This document shows positions 29,160-36,678 of a stretch of DNA of 64,000 nt, piece after piece; the first letter of the stretch is position 1; each line of letters starts with the position of its first letter. The stretch is from positions 32,001-96,000 of IMG/VR virus record IMGVR_UViG_3300045988_087149; one strand, 5' to 3'. The notes under the pieces were generated by a model. That model saw only the letters and a list, made by a program, of their open reading frames with translations. It did not search any database and was not told where the DNA came from. This DNA comes from a virus. Made by a program: the position numbers and the translations under genes.

Positions 29160-29412
29160 CCTCCTCATATTCAGGCTCAGACGGTAAGCTAAACACAATA
29201 GCTTGAGTAATAGCAGGGCTAGGTGCAATCTTTTCAGCGGCGGCTTCATGCTCTGCTTTGTCAAGCTCTAGCTCCATCGATATCCGATTAATTTTGACGT
29301 TGATAACTGACTGTACTAAATCCACAATCGAGCCGCACAGAGGCAACAGTGAGCTTACAAACAGGACTGCGCCTCCTGCAATCCATAGCGGTGTTAGACG
29401 GTCTTTATTCAT
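29146..29412 (-). CDS. membrane-anchored hypothetical protein (88 aa)
   Basis: N-terminal TM helix LWIAGGAVLFVSSLLPLCG and an acidic C-terminus. Confidence 0.55.
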   Translation of the reverse strand: MNKDRLTPLWIAGGAVLFVSSLLPLCGSIVDLVQSVINVKINRISMELELDKAEHEAAAEKIAPSPAITQAIVFSLPSEPEYEEDDYE

Positions 29413-29492
29413 AGGCGATTATCCTTTACTTCATAAAATAATACAAGAATCCATAGAATGAGAAAGATGAATAGAATCAAACCATCATCCAT
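29409..29492 (-). CDS. possible 27-aa membrane peptide
   Basis: MDDGLILFIFLILWILVLFYEVKDNRL. Its stop forms an ATGA overlap with the next gene. Confidence 0.3.
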   Translation of the reverse strand: MDDGLILFIFLILWILVLFYEVKDNRL

Positions 29493-29739
29493 TATCAGCC
29501 TCATTCTCATTGTCTACTGGTGTAGACAATGCTTTCATTCTGTCCATTCTATTATCAGCCTCGCCAACCTTGGCTTTGATTAGGTCTTTAATCGCCTTAG
29601 CCGAGGTTAGAGGTGCAATCTGCTTACTAATTTCATAAATGCAAGCATCCCATCCTGTCATTAGGCCGCGATTGAAATGCTCTTTCAACTTTCCTTCAAT
29701 ACTCTCAGCGATAATTTCTTTCAGCTTATCGTCAGACAT
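29485..29739 (-). CDS. hypothetical phage protein (84 aa)
   Basis: Track ORF with GGAGGGAAT upstream. Confidence 0.55.
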   Translation of the reverse strand: MSDDKLKEIIAESIEGKLKEHFNRGLMTGWDACIYEISKQIAPLTSAKAIKDLIKAKVGEADNRMDRMKALSTPVDNENEADNG

Positions 29740-30025
29740 AATTCCCTCCTACTCTAATGTCGCATTTTGGGCAATACACTTCTGTAACTGGTTCATAACA
29801 TGGCGGATCATCTACTTCACTATGATAAACCAGATGTGTGTATAATTCTAGCTTAGAGCCACATTCAGGGCATCTATTCATTGCTTCTAGCTCTCTAGTT
29901 GCTGCATATGCTAGGCGCATATCCTTGAGTGATGCTAGATATAATAGGCAATCCACGGCAATATCTTGGTTGCTATCATAATAACCTAGAACAGCCTCTA
30001 CAACCTCATCGTGCATATCAGTCAT
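29732..30025 (-). CDS. zinc-ribbon protein (97 aa)
   Basis: CPECGSK...CPKCD. Confidence 0.55.
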   Translation of the reverse strand: MTDMHDEVVEAVLGYYDSNQDIAVDCLLYLASLKDMRLAYAATRELEAMNRCPECGSKLELYTHLVYHSEVDDPPCYEPVTEVYCPKCDIRVGGNYV

Positions 30026-30579
30026 TCTACTAGCTCCAGATTATCGTAGTCAACAACATACGCACATAATGTGATGTTGCTCTTAATCAAAGTACACTTC
30101 TTACTACTATTAGCGGATAAATTCCCAACATACAAAACTTGATATTTATTATAGATAGACGGACGCCCCATGCCAGAACTGGACTGAACAGCACAAACAA
30201 TATGCTCTACAGGGATATTGTTTTCTTTAAAAAAGCTCGTTGCCTCCATACTATTGCATTGCTGGCTCGTCTTTACCTTAACAATGTCTCCAACCTTAAT
30301 TTCTCTTGGCTTCTTTGCTTCAGACATTCTTTCCTTCAGCTCATCAATGCCAACCTGTAGCCGCCAATCATCGTCAGGATGGCATCGAGCCTCAACCTTC
30401 TTGCCGTCCTTGCTTGTCATCACTATGCGATTACCCTCAATATGCAGGTCATAATCGCCCTCTAGCCACTTAGGTGCTACATTCTTTTCGTAGAATTTGT
30501 ATTCTAGCTTCATGTCTTTCTTTTCCCTTTCTTTCATAATTTCATCATATAGACTATTAAATACATCGTCCCACATCAT
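30022..30579 (-). CDS. hypothetical phage protein (185 aa)
   Basis: Track ORF with GAGGAGG upstream. Confidence 0.6.
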   Translation of the reverse strand: MMWDDVFNSLYDEIMKEREKKDMKLEYKFYEKNVAPKWLEGDYDLHIEGNRIVMTSKDGKKVEARCHPDDDWRLQVGIDELKERMSEAKKPREIKVGDIVKVKTSQQCNSMEATSFFKENNIPVEHIVCAVQSSSGMGRPSIYNKYQVLYVGNLSANSSKKCTLIKSNITLCAYVVDYDNLELVE

Positions 30580-30596
30580 TATTTTGTCCTCCTCAA

Positions 30597-31436
30597 TTAA
30601 AAATTAACAACGCTCATTGCATTTACTGCACGCTGCTCAGTGCGCTTGATATATCTATTTGCTGTGATAGCAACTGAGCTATGCCCCATTGCCTTACTAA
30701 TGACCTCAATAGGCACATCGGCTTCAGACATCATAGTAGCAAATGTACGGCGCATGGTATGATTACTGATATGCAATTCCTCCCAATTCTCAATACCGGC
30801 TTTTCTCGCACATACTTTGAGCATTGCACTGGTATTCTTGCCATCCATTTTATTGCCACGATTGCCAACAAACAGATATTCACAGCCATCTTTGCGCTCA
30901 TTGGCAATATAGCTATCAATCAGCTTAATTGTCTCATCAGCCAAACCAACCAATCTATCCTTATCGCCCTTACCGCGAATGACCAGAACATTATTGCTAC
31001 GAGATTCGTACTGTTCAAGCGTAATATTGGCAAGCTCATGGATACGCAAGCCAGTCTGAGCAAGCATCATAATGATCGCCTTATTACGCTTATTAGTAGC
31101 CGCATTGACCATTGCCCTGACCTGTTCGCCATTAAGAGCCGATTGCTCACGATTCTTAATCTGTGGCGCTTCAAGCATCTCAGCCGGATTGCGGCTAATG
31201 AACTCGTTCCTATAAAGGAATTTGAAATATTCACGAACCGCAGACGTTCTCTGAGCAACAGATGCAGAGCTAAGATTACTCATGCTGGACTGCCACAGCT
31301 CAAGGTCAATCGGCTTGATTTCGATTTCAGGTTTATTGACATATGTCATGCAATTCTCAATCGCCTTAGTGTATTCTCTAATCGTTCCCTCACTACGGTG
31401 CTTTGCCTTGAGGCTCATAACAAACAGTTCATTCAT
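30597..31436 (-). CDS. tyrosine site-specific recombinase (XerC/D-like, short form)
   Basis: 279 aa. Catalytic signature LAQTGLRIHEL, HTMRRTFAT, GHSSVAITANRYI (R..HxxR..H..Y). Confidence 0.9.
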   Translation of the reverse strand: MNELFVMSLKAKHRSEGTIREYTKAIENCMTYVNKPEIEIKPIDLELWQSSMSNLSSASVAQRTSAVREYFKFLYRNEFISRNPAEMLEAPQIKNREQSALNGEQVRAMVNAATNKRNKAIIMMLAQTGLRIHELANITLEQYESRSNNVLVIRGKGDKDRLVGLADETIKLIDSYIANERKDGCEYLFVGNRGNKMDGKNTSAMLKVCARKAGIENWEELHISNHTMRRTFATMMSEADVPIEVISKAMGHSSVAITANRYIKRTEQRAVNAMSVVNF

Positions 31437-31438
31437 GT

Positions 31439-31630
31439 TTACACCTCCTCAACAACGCCCTTGTAACCATAACTGGTTTCAAATGAAGCCCAAGACTTGC
31501 AATTGCTTCTCGTGTACCAATGCGGCGTATAAACAAAATCTTCATCAGCATCAACGAGCTTACGAAGTGCGTCTCTGAGACAAGTCGCCTTAACAGTGTA
31601 CCACAAACCACGAATTTTGAAGTTTCTCAT
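31439..31630 (-). CDS. hypothetical phage protein (63 aa)
   Basis: Start moved to ATG 31630 (MRNFKIRG), which has AAGGAG 10 nt upstream. The track start lies upstream of the predicted transcription start site of promoter 31660-31688. Confidence 0.5.
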   Translation of the reverse strand: MRNFKIRGLWYTVKATCLRDALRKLVDADEDFVYTPHWYTRSNCKSWASFETSYGYKGVVEEV

Positions 31631-31659
31631 AATATTCAGCTCCTTCATTTGATGATTTA

Positions 31660-31688
31660 AGTATAGCACCATAGCGGCGATTTGTCAA
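31660..31688 (-). promoter_or_regulatory. sigma-A-type promoter (leftward)
   Basis: cTTGACAAAT (31688-31683), 17 bp, TATACT (31665-31660). Confidence 0.65.
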
Positions 31689-31702
31689 GAGTTATTTTTA
31701 GA

Positions 31703-31736
31703 AAAATCCCTATAATCTTTCGACCATAGGGATTTT
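31703..31736 (-). terminator. intrinsic terminator after the HU gene
   Basis: 11-bp perfect stem AAAATCCCTAT/ATAGGGATTTT with a 12-nt loop. On the minus strand it ends in UUUU. Confidence 0.65.
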
Positions 31737-31750
31737 AACAGGAGGATTAT

Positions 31751-32026
31751 TTACTCATTGATTTCTGCCTTTAGTGTGCTTGTCGGCTTAAACGTCAGAG
31801 CATACTTAGCAGGAACTTCAATGGTTTCACCGGTCTGTGGATTACGAGCCGTTCTTGCATCACGCATCTTGGTTGTGAACTTGCCAAAGCCATGAATCAC
31901 CACATCTTCATGCTGAACTAGGCTATGTCTGATATAGTCAATGAACGTATCTACGATCTCAGTTGTATCCTTGACCGTATTTTCTGTGCTGTCTGCAACA
32001 AACTTGACGATTTCTTTCTTGGTCAT
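31751..32026 (-). CDS. hup: HU-type DNA-binding protein (DNABII)
   Basis: 91 aa. MTKKEIV...GFGKFTT..RDARTARNPQTGETIEVPA...FKP is the canonical HU pattern. Confidence 0.9.
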   Translation of the reverse strand: MTKKEIVKFVADSTENTVKDTTEIVDTFIDYIRHSLVQHEDVVIHGFGKFTTKMRDARTARNPQTGETIEVPAKYALTFKPTSTLKAEINE

Positions 32027-32639
32027 AAATTCCTTTTAGTTTCCTTTCAATTTCTAATAAAATTTTATTAAAACAAGTCGCAATGTTCATGCGCATATTG
32101 ACTTGATATATAGGGTTATTGTTCCACTATCAACTACTTACAGGGTCCTCTTACCCAAGCCTTATATTGTTTAGTGGGTTTACAGCCGCTACATCACTAA
32201 ACTAATTTTTTTTGCGTCGAACTCGACACGTCATTTATCCTTGGACTTAATGACGATTTCAGTAATGCGCGGAATAGGCAATCACCGCGCTATGAGTCTG
32301 TAGCCGACTACTCTTTGTGCTTTCTACTTTGAAGCCCGTCAACCTTGAACATTCCGGACTATTCAAGGATTTTTAGAATTTCTACACTCCCTACAAATTC
32401 ATGTTAAATTGAATTTACAGTTGCGCAACCATCTTAAAATCAAGAGTGTGGCGGCGTTGCCTTATAGTATCAGGTGGTCAACCGTCAGCTATTCAGCAAC
32501 TAGCATTACAACCCATAAACTAGACCATTTGCAAGCGACCAACTCTTGGCCTTGGCCTTACAAAGCTAGGATTTTCAGCTTTTCCTCCAGACGTCTATCA
32601 AGTGTGCTTACAATGCTAGTAGAGGCATGATAGACGTTT

Positions 32640-32710
32640 TGACCGAGGCGGGACTTGAACCTGCATTCATCTGCTATGAACAGCTCGCTTACCAGTTAGC
32701 TGACTCAGTC
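32640..32710 (-). tRNA. tRNA-like gene, anticodon CAU (Met/Ile2-type), imperfect cloverleaf, no encoded CCA
   Basis: Acceptor GACTGAG/CTCGGTC, anticodon loop UUCAUAG, T-loop TTCAAGT. It has an extra nt before the D stem and mismatches in the anticodon and T stems. Confidence 0.5.
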
Positions 32711-32804
32711 ATATGGAAATGGGCTTTAAGCATCAACCCATTAGAAGCGTTGGATTCCTATTCAGTTTATTAAGTCGTATGTATCCAACAACCAGTGGAC
32801 TTAA

Positions 32805-32881
32805 TGGTAGCTCAGGTGGAATTCGAATCCACACTTTACGGATTTTGAATCCGCTCCCTCTGCCGATTGGGGTACTGAGCC
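32805..32881 (-). tRNA. tRNA, anticodon CAA (Leu codon UUG) on a short-variable-arm (class I) body, CCA encoded
   Basis: Acceptor GGCTCAG/CTGAGCT (G1-U72), anticodon arm GCGGA-UUCAAAA-UCCGU, 5-nt variable loop, T arm GTGGA-TTCGAAT-TCCAC, then A73-CCA. Confidence 0.65.
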
Positions 32882-33357
32882 ATATTATCTCAAGCCGACT
32901 TCCTACCTCATAGCTATTTCTAGCATCGACTCGTGAATGATGTTTACATAATATCCTTATATCACCTTTGCCGTTATGTTTTTGCCCTCATGCTAACGGA
33001 ACACGCTCAGGCGCGACCCCAATTCTCTAGTCTGTATCTGCCGCTTCTCAAACTCTGCGCAGACCCGCTTCACAGGCGTGATATAGATTTGACGGTTATC
33101 TTCAAATCCGGTCGGATATTATATTATTTGTCAATCTCAATCCCTTTCATTATGCCGAACAGATTGGCCGGTGCGCCCTACTTGGCATCACGGTCTTTCG
33201 CACGACTGCGACCCGCTTTCATGCTTATCTCATTTGTCTTACGCACGTTCCCTATATAATGATGGCTGTTCCTCAAACTCCACTTAGCTGTTTCGTAACG
33301 CCCATCTGAACCATGTCAGGACTCAGCGATTTCAGCACCATCATCTTTACCTTCTCA

Positions 33358-33386
33358 ATTATACCATATTTGATTTTATTTGTCAA
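33358..33386 (-). promoter_or_regulatory. sigma-A-type promoter (leftward) driving the non-coding/tRNA unit
   Basis: AAAAATAATGcTTGACAAAT (33386-33381), 17 bp, TATAAT (33363-33358). Confidence 0.7.
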
Positions 33387-33523
33387 GCATTATTTTTGCA
33401 ATCAACATCCCAACTGCAATACCAGCCGCAAATGAACCTAGACAAGATAGTATAATAATCATACACTAATAATCAATAAATTCTCCTAAACTCTTTACCC
33501 TACAACTTACCCTACTTAATCAA

Positions 33524-33763
33524 CTAATCTGAATTTTCTTCATTATTAATCAATGATTTTTTTGCCATACGAGCTGATTTGAGCCGTTCTGCCGCAGCTT
33601 GTTTCTGTTCATCGGTCATTGAGCGGGTACGGAATGGATTGTTGCCTAGGCGAAATGGGTACAGATTGCAATCATGGATAACACAATTCTTTACTTCATA
33701 AGCTGAGCCACAACTACATTCCAAACAATGCTGGCGAATGGCTTTTAATGGAGATTTTTCCAT
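33524..33763 (-). CDS. zinc-ribbon protein (79 aa)
   Basis: CLECSC...C..HDC, with GAGGTGA upstream. It is one of only four ORFs I saw that end in TAG. Confidence 0.55.
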   Translation of the reverse strand: MEKSPLKAIRQHCLECSCGSAYEVKNCVIHDCNLYPFRLGNNPFRTRSMTDEQKQAAAERLKSARMAKKSLINNEENSD

Positions 33764-33781
33764 ATTATCACCTCATTCTCA

Positions 33782-34039
33782 TCAAGCATTATAGCTTGAA
33801 CATACGATGTATGGCTTATCTACGTTAAGATTTACTTCTTCAATATGAATTTCACCTTGAAAATCCTCAAAATCAATACGATCTTCATAATTATTATTTC
33901 CACCCACATCAACGACACGACAGTTATACTCATCGATGCTAATACGATTTCTGATTTCATCTTCGCTGTTTGCTACACACACAAATGAATCATAAGTGCC
34001 ATAATCACATTTGTCTACCCATACTTTGAATACTTTCAT
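33782..34039 (-). CDS. hypothetical phage protein (85 aa)
   Basis: GAGGTGATAAT upstream of the ATG; follows the tRNA. Confidence 0.55.
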   Translation of the reverse strand: MKVFKVWVDKCDYGTYDSFVCVANSEDEIRNRISIDEYNCRVVDVGGNNNYEDRIDFEDFQGEIHIEEVNLNVDKPYIVCSSYNA

Positions 34040-34070
34040 ATTATCACCTCGTTATATTTAGATTTTATCA

Positions 34071-34163
34071 TGGTAGCGGCGCAGAGGGTCGAACTCTGAT
34101 TTTGCCCCAATCTAGAGCTAAACTGGGTATAGGCCAGCTGGCTTACCATTAACCGACACCGCC
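34071..34163 (-). tRNA. tRNA-like gene with long variable arm (class II body), anticodon loop CCUAUAC (UAU by standard numbering, C33), CCA encoded
   Basis: Acceptor GGCGGTG/CGCCGCT (G1-U72), D arm GGTT-AATGGTA-AGCC, anticodon stem GCTGG/CCAGT, 23-nt variable region with a GCTC/GGGC stem, T arm CAGAG-TTCGACC-CTCTG, then A73-CCA. Confidence 0.6.
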
Positions 34164-34265
34164 ATTTTCGTTTGAGCCTTTTATCGTCATGCTCAGGACT
34201 ATATTCTAGGAGGTTCACAATGAAGAACTGTAATTGAGATTACCCAATCTCTCAACCACATCTGT

Positions 34266-34294
34266 ATTATACCATAAGATTTGCTGTTTGTCAA
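34266..34294 (-). promoter_or_regulatory. sigma-A-type promoter (leftward) in front of the tRNA
   Basis: GAAAAATAATTcTTGACAAAC (34294-34289), 17 bp, TATAAT (34271-34266). Confidence 0.7.
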
Positions 34295-34731
34295 GAATTA
34301 TTTTTCAACTTTTTTAATGCTTCATCAAGCACGGCATTTTCATATCCATAACCAACCATCTCTGGTTTAATTTTAGTAATGGAATTTACACTCATTAAGT
34401 ATGATAAAATTTCAGCGTCTTTTTGTTTTTTATCATCTAGTTCTTTACATTTTTTCAAATATTCTTGATAATATTGCTCTTTTACTTCATTTGAAGCATC
34501 AATTCTCTTTTTGACTCTTGCTTTAAGATAGCTTAATACAGACCTATCTAGATGACTGTAGCATTCGGCGCAAACCCAATCATACACAAGTCCAGCCGGT
34601 TCATCTGGTTCCCATTCAATTTCGTCATATACTTCCATATATCCATGATGCCGTTCAACAGTCTTTCTTTTCATTTTAATCGGCTTACCACATAACGCAC
34701 AATCGCAATACCCCTTATATACAAAGCTCAT
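34291..34731 (-). CDS. hypothetical protein with zinc-ribbon-like Cys pairs (146 aa)
   Basis: CDCALCGK ... CAECY, with GGAGGTG upstream. Confidence 0.6.
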   Translation of the reverse strand: MSFVYKGYCDCALCGKPIKMKRKTVERHHGYMEVYDEIEWEPDEPAGLVYDWVCAECYSHLDRSVLSYLKARVKKRIDASNEVKEQYYQEYLKKCKELDDKKQKDAEILSYLMSVNSITKIKPEMVGYGYENAVLDEALKKLKNNS

Positions 34732-34743
34732 ATTGCACCTCCA

Positions 34744-34772
34744 ATTATATAATAATTTATTTGATTTGTCAA
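34744..34772 (-). promoter_or_regulatory. sigma-A-type promoter (leftward)
   Basis: GAAAAATAATTcTTGACAAAT (34772-34767), 17 bp, TATAAT (34749-34744). Confidence 0.7.
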
Positions 34773-34775
34773 GAA

Positions 34776-34976
34776 TTATTTTTCAAGCAATTGATAAAAT
34801 TTTTCTTTCCATTCACTATTCCATAAATCAATTGCATCTCGCTCTTCTGTTTGCATATAGTCATATATACAAGCCCCAACGCAATTTGCAATATACAAAT
34901 AGATATCAAACGAATCTTTTGACAGTTCAGCTTGTTCGTACATTATTTTTATAAAGTAGATTAACGCATTGTTCAT
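34776..34976 (-). CDS. hypothetical phage protein (66 aa)
   Basis: ATG at 34976 with GAGG 6 nt upstream. The SD overlaps the -10 box of promoter 34977-35005. Confidence 0.45.
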   Translation of the reverse strand: MNNALIYFIKIMYEQAELSKDSFDIYLYIANCVGACIYDYMQTEERDAIDLWNSEWKEKFYQLLEK

Positions 34977-35005
34977 ATTATACCTCAAAAATCGTTATTT
35001 GTCAA
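34977..35005 (-). promoter_or_regulatory. sigma-A-type promoter (leftward)
   Basis: cTTGACAAAT (35005-35000), 17 bp, TATAAT (34982-34977). Confidence 0.55.
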
Positions 35006-35157
35006 GAACAAATTTTATTCATTTCAATAAATTTTTCACAAGTCCAGCCATTGAGAACTGGGATTTCATCACAGCTATAGCCCCATAGTCCAGTTTCTCG
35101 GTCATAGCGGTCAACGTGACAAATGAAATCCCCAATTTTGAAATAAGTATTTAGCAT
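35002..35157 (-). CDS. 51-aa hypothetical protein (below track cutoff)
   Basis: ATG at 35157 with GAGGA 7 nt upstream (MLNTYFKIGDFICHVDRYDRETGLWGYSCDE...). Confidence 0.4.
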   Translation of the reverse strand: MLNTYFKIGDFICHVDRYDRETGLWGYSCDEIPVLNGWTCEKFIEMNKICS

Positions 35158-35167
35158 ATCTCTATCC

Positions 35168-35509
35168 TCACCAATCTGCATTGATTACAATTTTATCTCC
35201 ATCAATACGAGCCGATTGTATCAGCCATGAGACTTGATCCATTTGCCATAAACCCTCAAAATCAGGACGATTTACAAATTTGAACAACTCATCGACCTGG
35301 TCATCACTCAGCCATAAATCCTTACCATACATAGGCTGTGAATACGGCTGTCCTTCTACGTATGGCTTATAGTAATCAATAGATTCGAGAAATTCATACC
35401 AACTTGAGCCGTCACCATCGACTGTATCAACAGCTCGATATGTAACCAATTCACCGTAATGTGGGCAATAGATTGGCTTGGCACGACTAATTCTAATATC
35501 TAATCCCAT
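35168..35509 (-). CDS. hypothetical phage protein (113 aa)
   Basis: First ORF after promoter 35541-35569. Confidence 0.6.
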   Translation of the reverse strand: MGLDIRISRAKPIYCPHYGELVTYRAVDTVDGDGSSWYEFLESIDYYKPYVEGQPYSQPMYGKDLWLSDDQVDELFKFVNRPDFEGLWQMDQVSWLIQSARIDGDKIVINADW

Positions 35510-35540
35510 ATATTATCATCCCCATTCATTTGATAATTGG

Positions 35541-35569
35541 ATTATACTATATAAAATTGGATTTGTCAA
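35541..35569 (-). promoter_or_regulatory. sigma-A-type promoter (leftward)
   Basis: cTTGACAAAT (35569-35564), 17 bp, TATAAT (35546-35541). Confidence 0.7.
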
Positions 35570-35991
35570 GCACCTTTTTCAAATTTATTTTTAATATCTA
35601 TCCATTTTTTAATCTGGTCATCTACACGCACCCATTCGCCATAATGCAGGTCTGGGTCAAACCACCAAAGCCCATAATAGTTTGGATTCTCCTTGTCTTC
35701 AATAGAGCGAAATGGATTTCCATAGCCATGCCATTCAAAGAAATCAATGACAAATTTGACATCACTATCATTGCCAACAATAAATGCTGTGTTATTATCA
35801 AAATCAGCCCATACAAATGCGGCATCGTCGAACTTGATTTCTGTACCATCATCTTTATAGAATCTTAGACTACTGCCATCTCGCTTTCTAGTATCATTAT
35901 ATCTACATATCCATTCATGGCAATTTGCCTCATACTCATCATCAAATTCTGCACCGCAATATTCACATTTATAAATTCTTGTTTCAATCAT
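35566..35991 (-). CDS. hypothetical phage protein (141 aa)
   Basis: GGAGGAAT upstream; N-terminal CEYCG...C zinc knuckle. Confidence 0.6.
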   Translation of the reverse strand: MIETRIYKCEYCGAEFDDEYEANCHEWICRYNDTRKRDGSSLRFYKDDGTEIKFDDAAFVWADFDNNTAFIVGNDSDVKFVIDFFEWHGYGNPFRSIEDKENPNYYGLWWFDPDLHYGEWVRVDDQIKKWIDIKNKFEKGA

Positions 35992-36009
35992 TTGAACAAT
36001 TCCTCCATA

Positions 36010-36093
36010 TTATTTCAAAGGTAAAAATGGTAATAGACAAAGCAATGCCCCTCCAATGATTAGAATTGCACCTAGAATATCTGCAATATTCAT
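36010..36093 (-). CDS. possible 27-aa membrane peptide
   Basis: MNIADILGAILIIGGALLCLLPFLPLK. ATGA overlap with the upstream stop. Confidence 0.3.
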   Translation of the reverse strand: MNIADILGAILIIGGALLCLLPFLPLK

Positions 36094-36668
36094 TCAAACA
36101 GCTCCTCCATTTCTCTAACATGATATTGTCTATCTTTCAGATCGTCTACTCTAGTTCTAACCAATTCCCAATTCGAACCAGCAAAGCCGCTTTTCATCAC
36201 ATCAGCTATAATTTGTTCATCTTTATATTTGCGCCGTTCGAGCCGTAAATCATGTAGCAGTTTATACATCTTATATCCATCTCTAGCATTGTATGAATTG
36301 AACTCAATAGCATGAAGCACGTCTTGAATTTTATTCTCTACCTCTTGCAGTTTGTATTCAACCCATGTTGCCCTTGCTACAAGCTGGTCATGCAGGTCAC
36401 AGAATGAGCCAATTTGCGCCAATGCTGAATCATAATCGACAAATTCTAATTCTGAATTAAACTGGTCGAAATCGACGGGTTTAGATGGTGCATCAACCTG
36501 TTGCACAAAATAGCCCAGATTGCGCATTTGCTTTGGCAGATTAGAAAGCGCATTTTCAGCTTTGGTTTTATCAGTGAATTGAAATGACTCGTTCAATTCT
36601 GGTGTTGGTGTCCATTGCCCTATAGCATTGTGCATAAGATAGTATTTTTGATTATATAGTACATACAT
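36090..36668 (-). CDS. hypothetical phage protein (192 aa)
   Basis: First ORF after promoter 36689-36717. Confidence 0.6.
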   Translation of the reverse strand: MYVLYNQKYYLMHNAIGQWTPTPELNESFQFTDKTKAENALSNLPKQMRNLGYFVQQVDAPSKPVDFDQFNSELEFVDYDSALAQIGSFCDLHDQLVARATWVEYKLQEVENKIQDVLHAIEFNSYNARDGYKMYKLLHDLRLERRKYKDEQIIADVMKSGFAGSNWELVRTRVDDLKDRQYHVREMEELFE

Positions 36669-36678
36669 ACATCATCAC

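Larger units (their letters stand above)
32027..33351 (-). ncRNA. long non-coding, helix-rich leader / ornate-RNA candidate carrying two tRNA-like genes
   Basis: Starts about 7 nt below promoter 33358-33386, with no SD-preceded ORF. Many perfect 6-10-bp helices (for example 32591-32637, 32343-32368, 32267-32290, 32229-32255, 33086-33108). No terminator before the HU gene. Confidence 0.45.

Noticed and set aside
30681-31466. 261-aa plus-strand ORF.
   Set aside because: It is entirely antisense to the tyrosine recombinase gene, which has clear catalytic motifs. It has no SD and is a typical shadow ORF.
32409-33259. Three plus-strand ORFs of 66-108 aa in the tRNA region.
   Set aside because: They are on the wrong strand relative to the promoter and the tRNAs. 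They have no SD and they overlap the tRNA sequences.
34036-34218. 60-aa minus-strand ORF.
   Set aside because: It is fully explained by the tRNA-like gene 34071-34163 and its leader.
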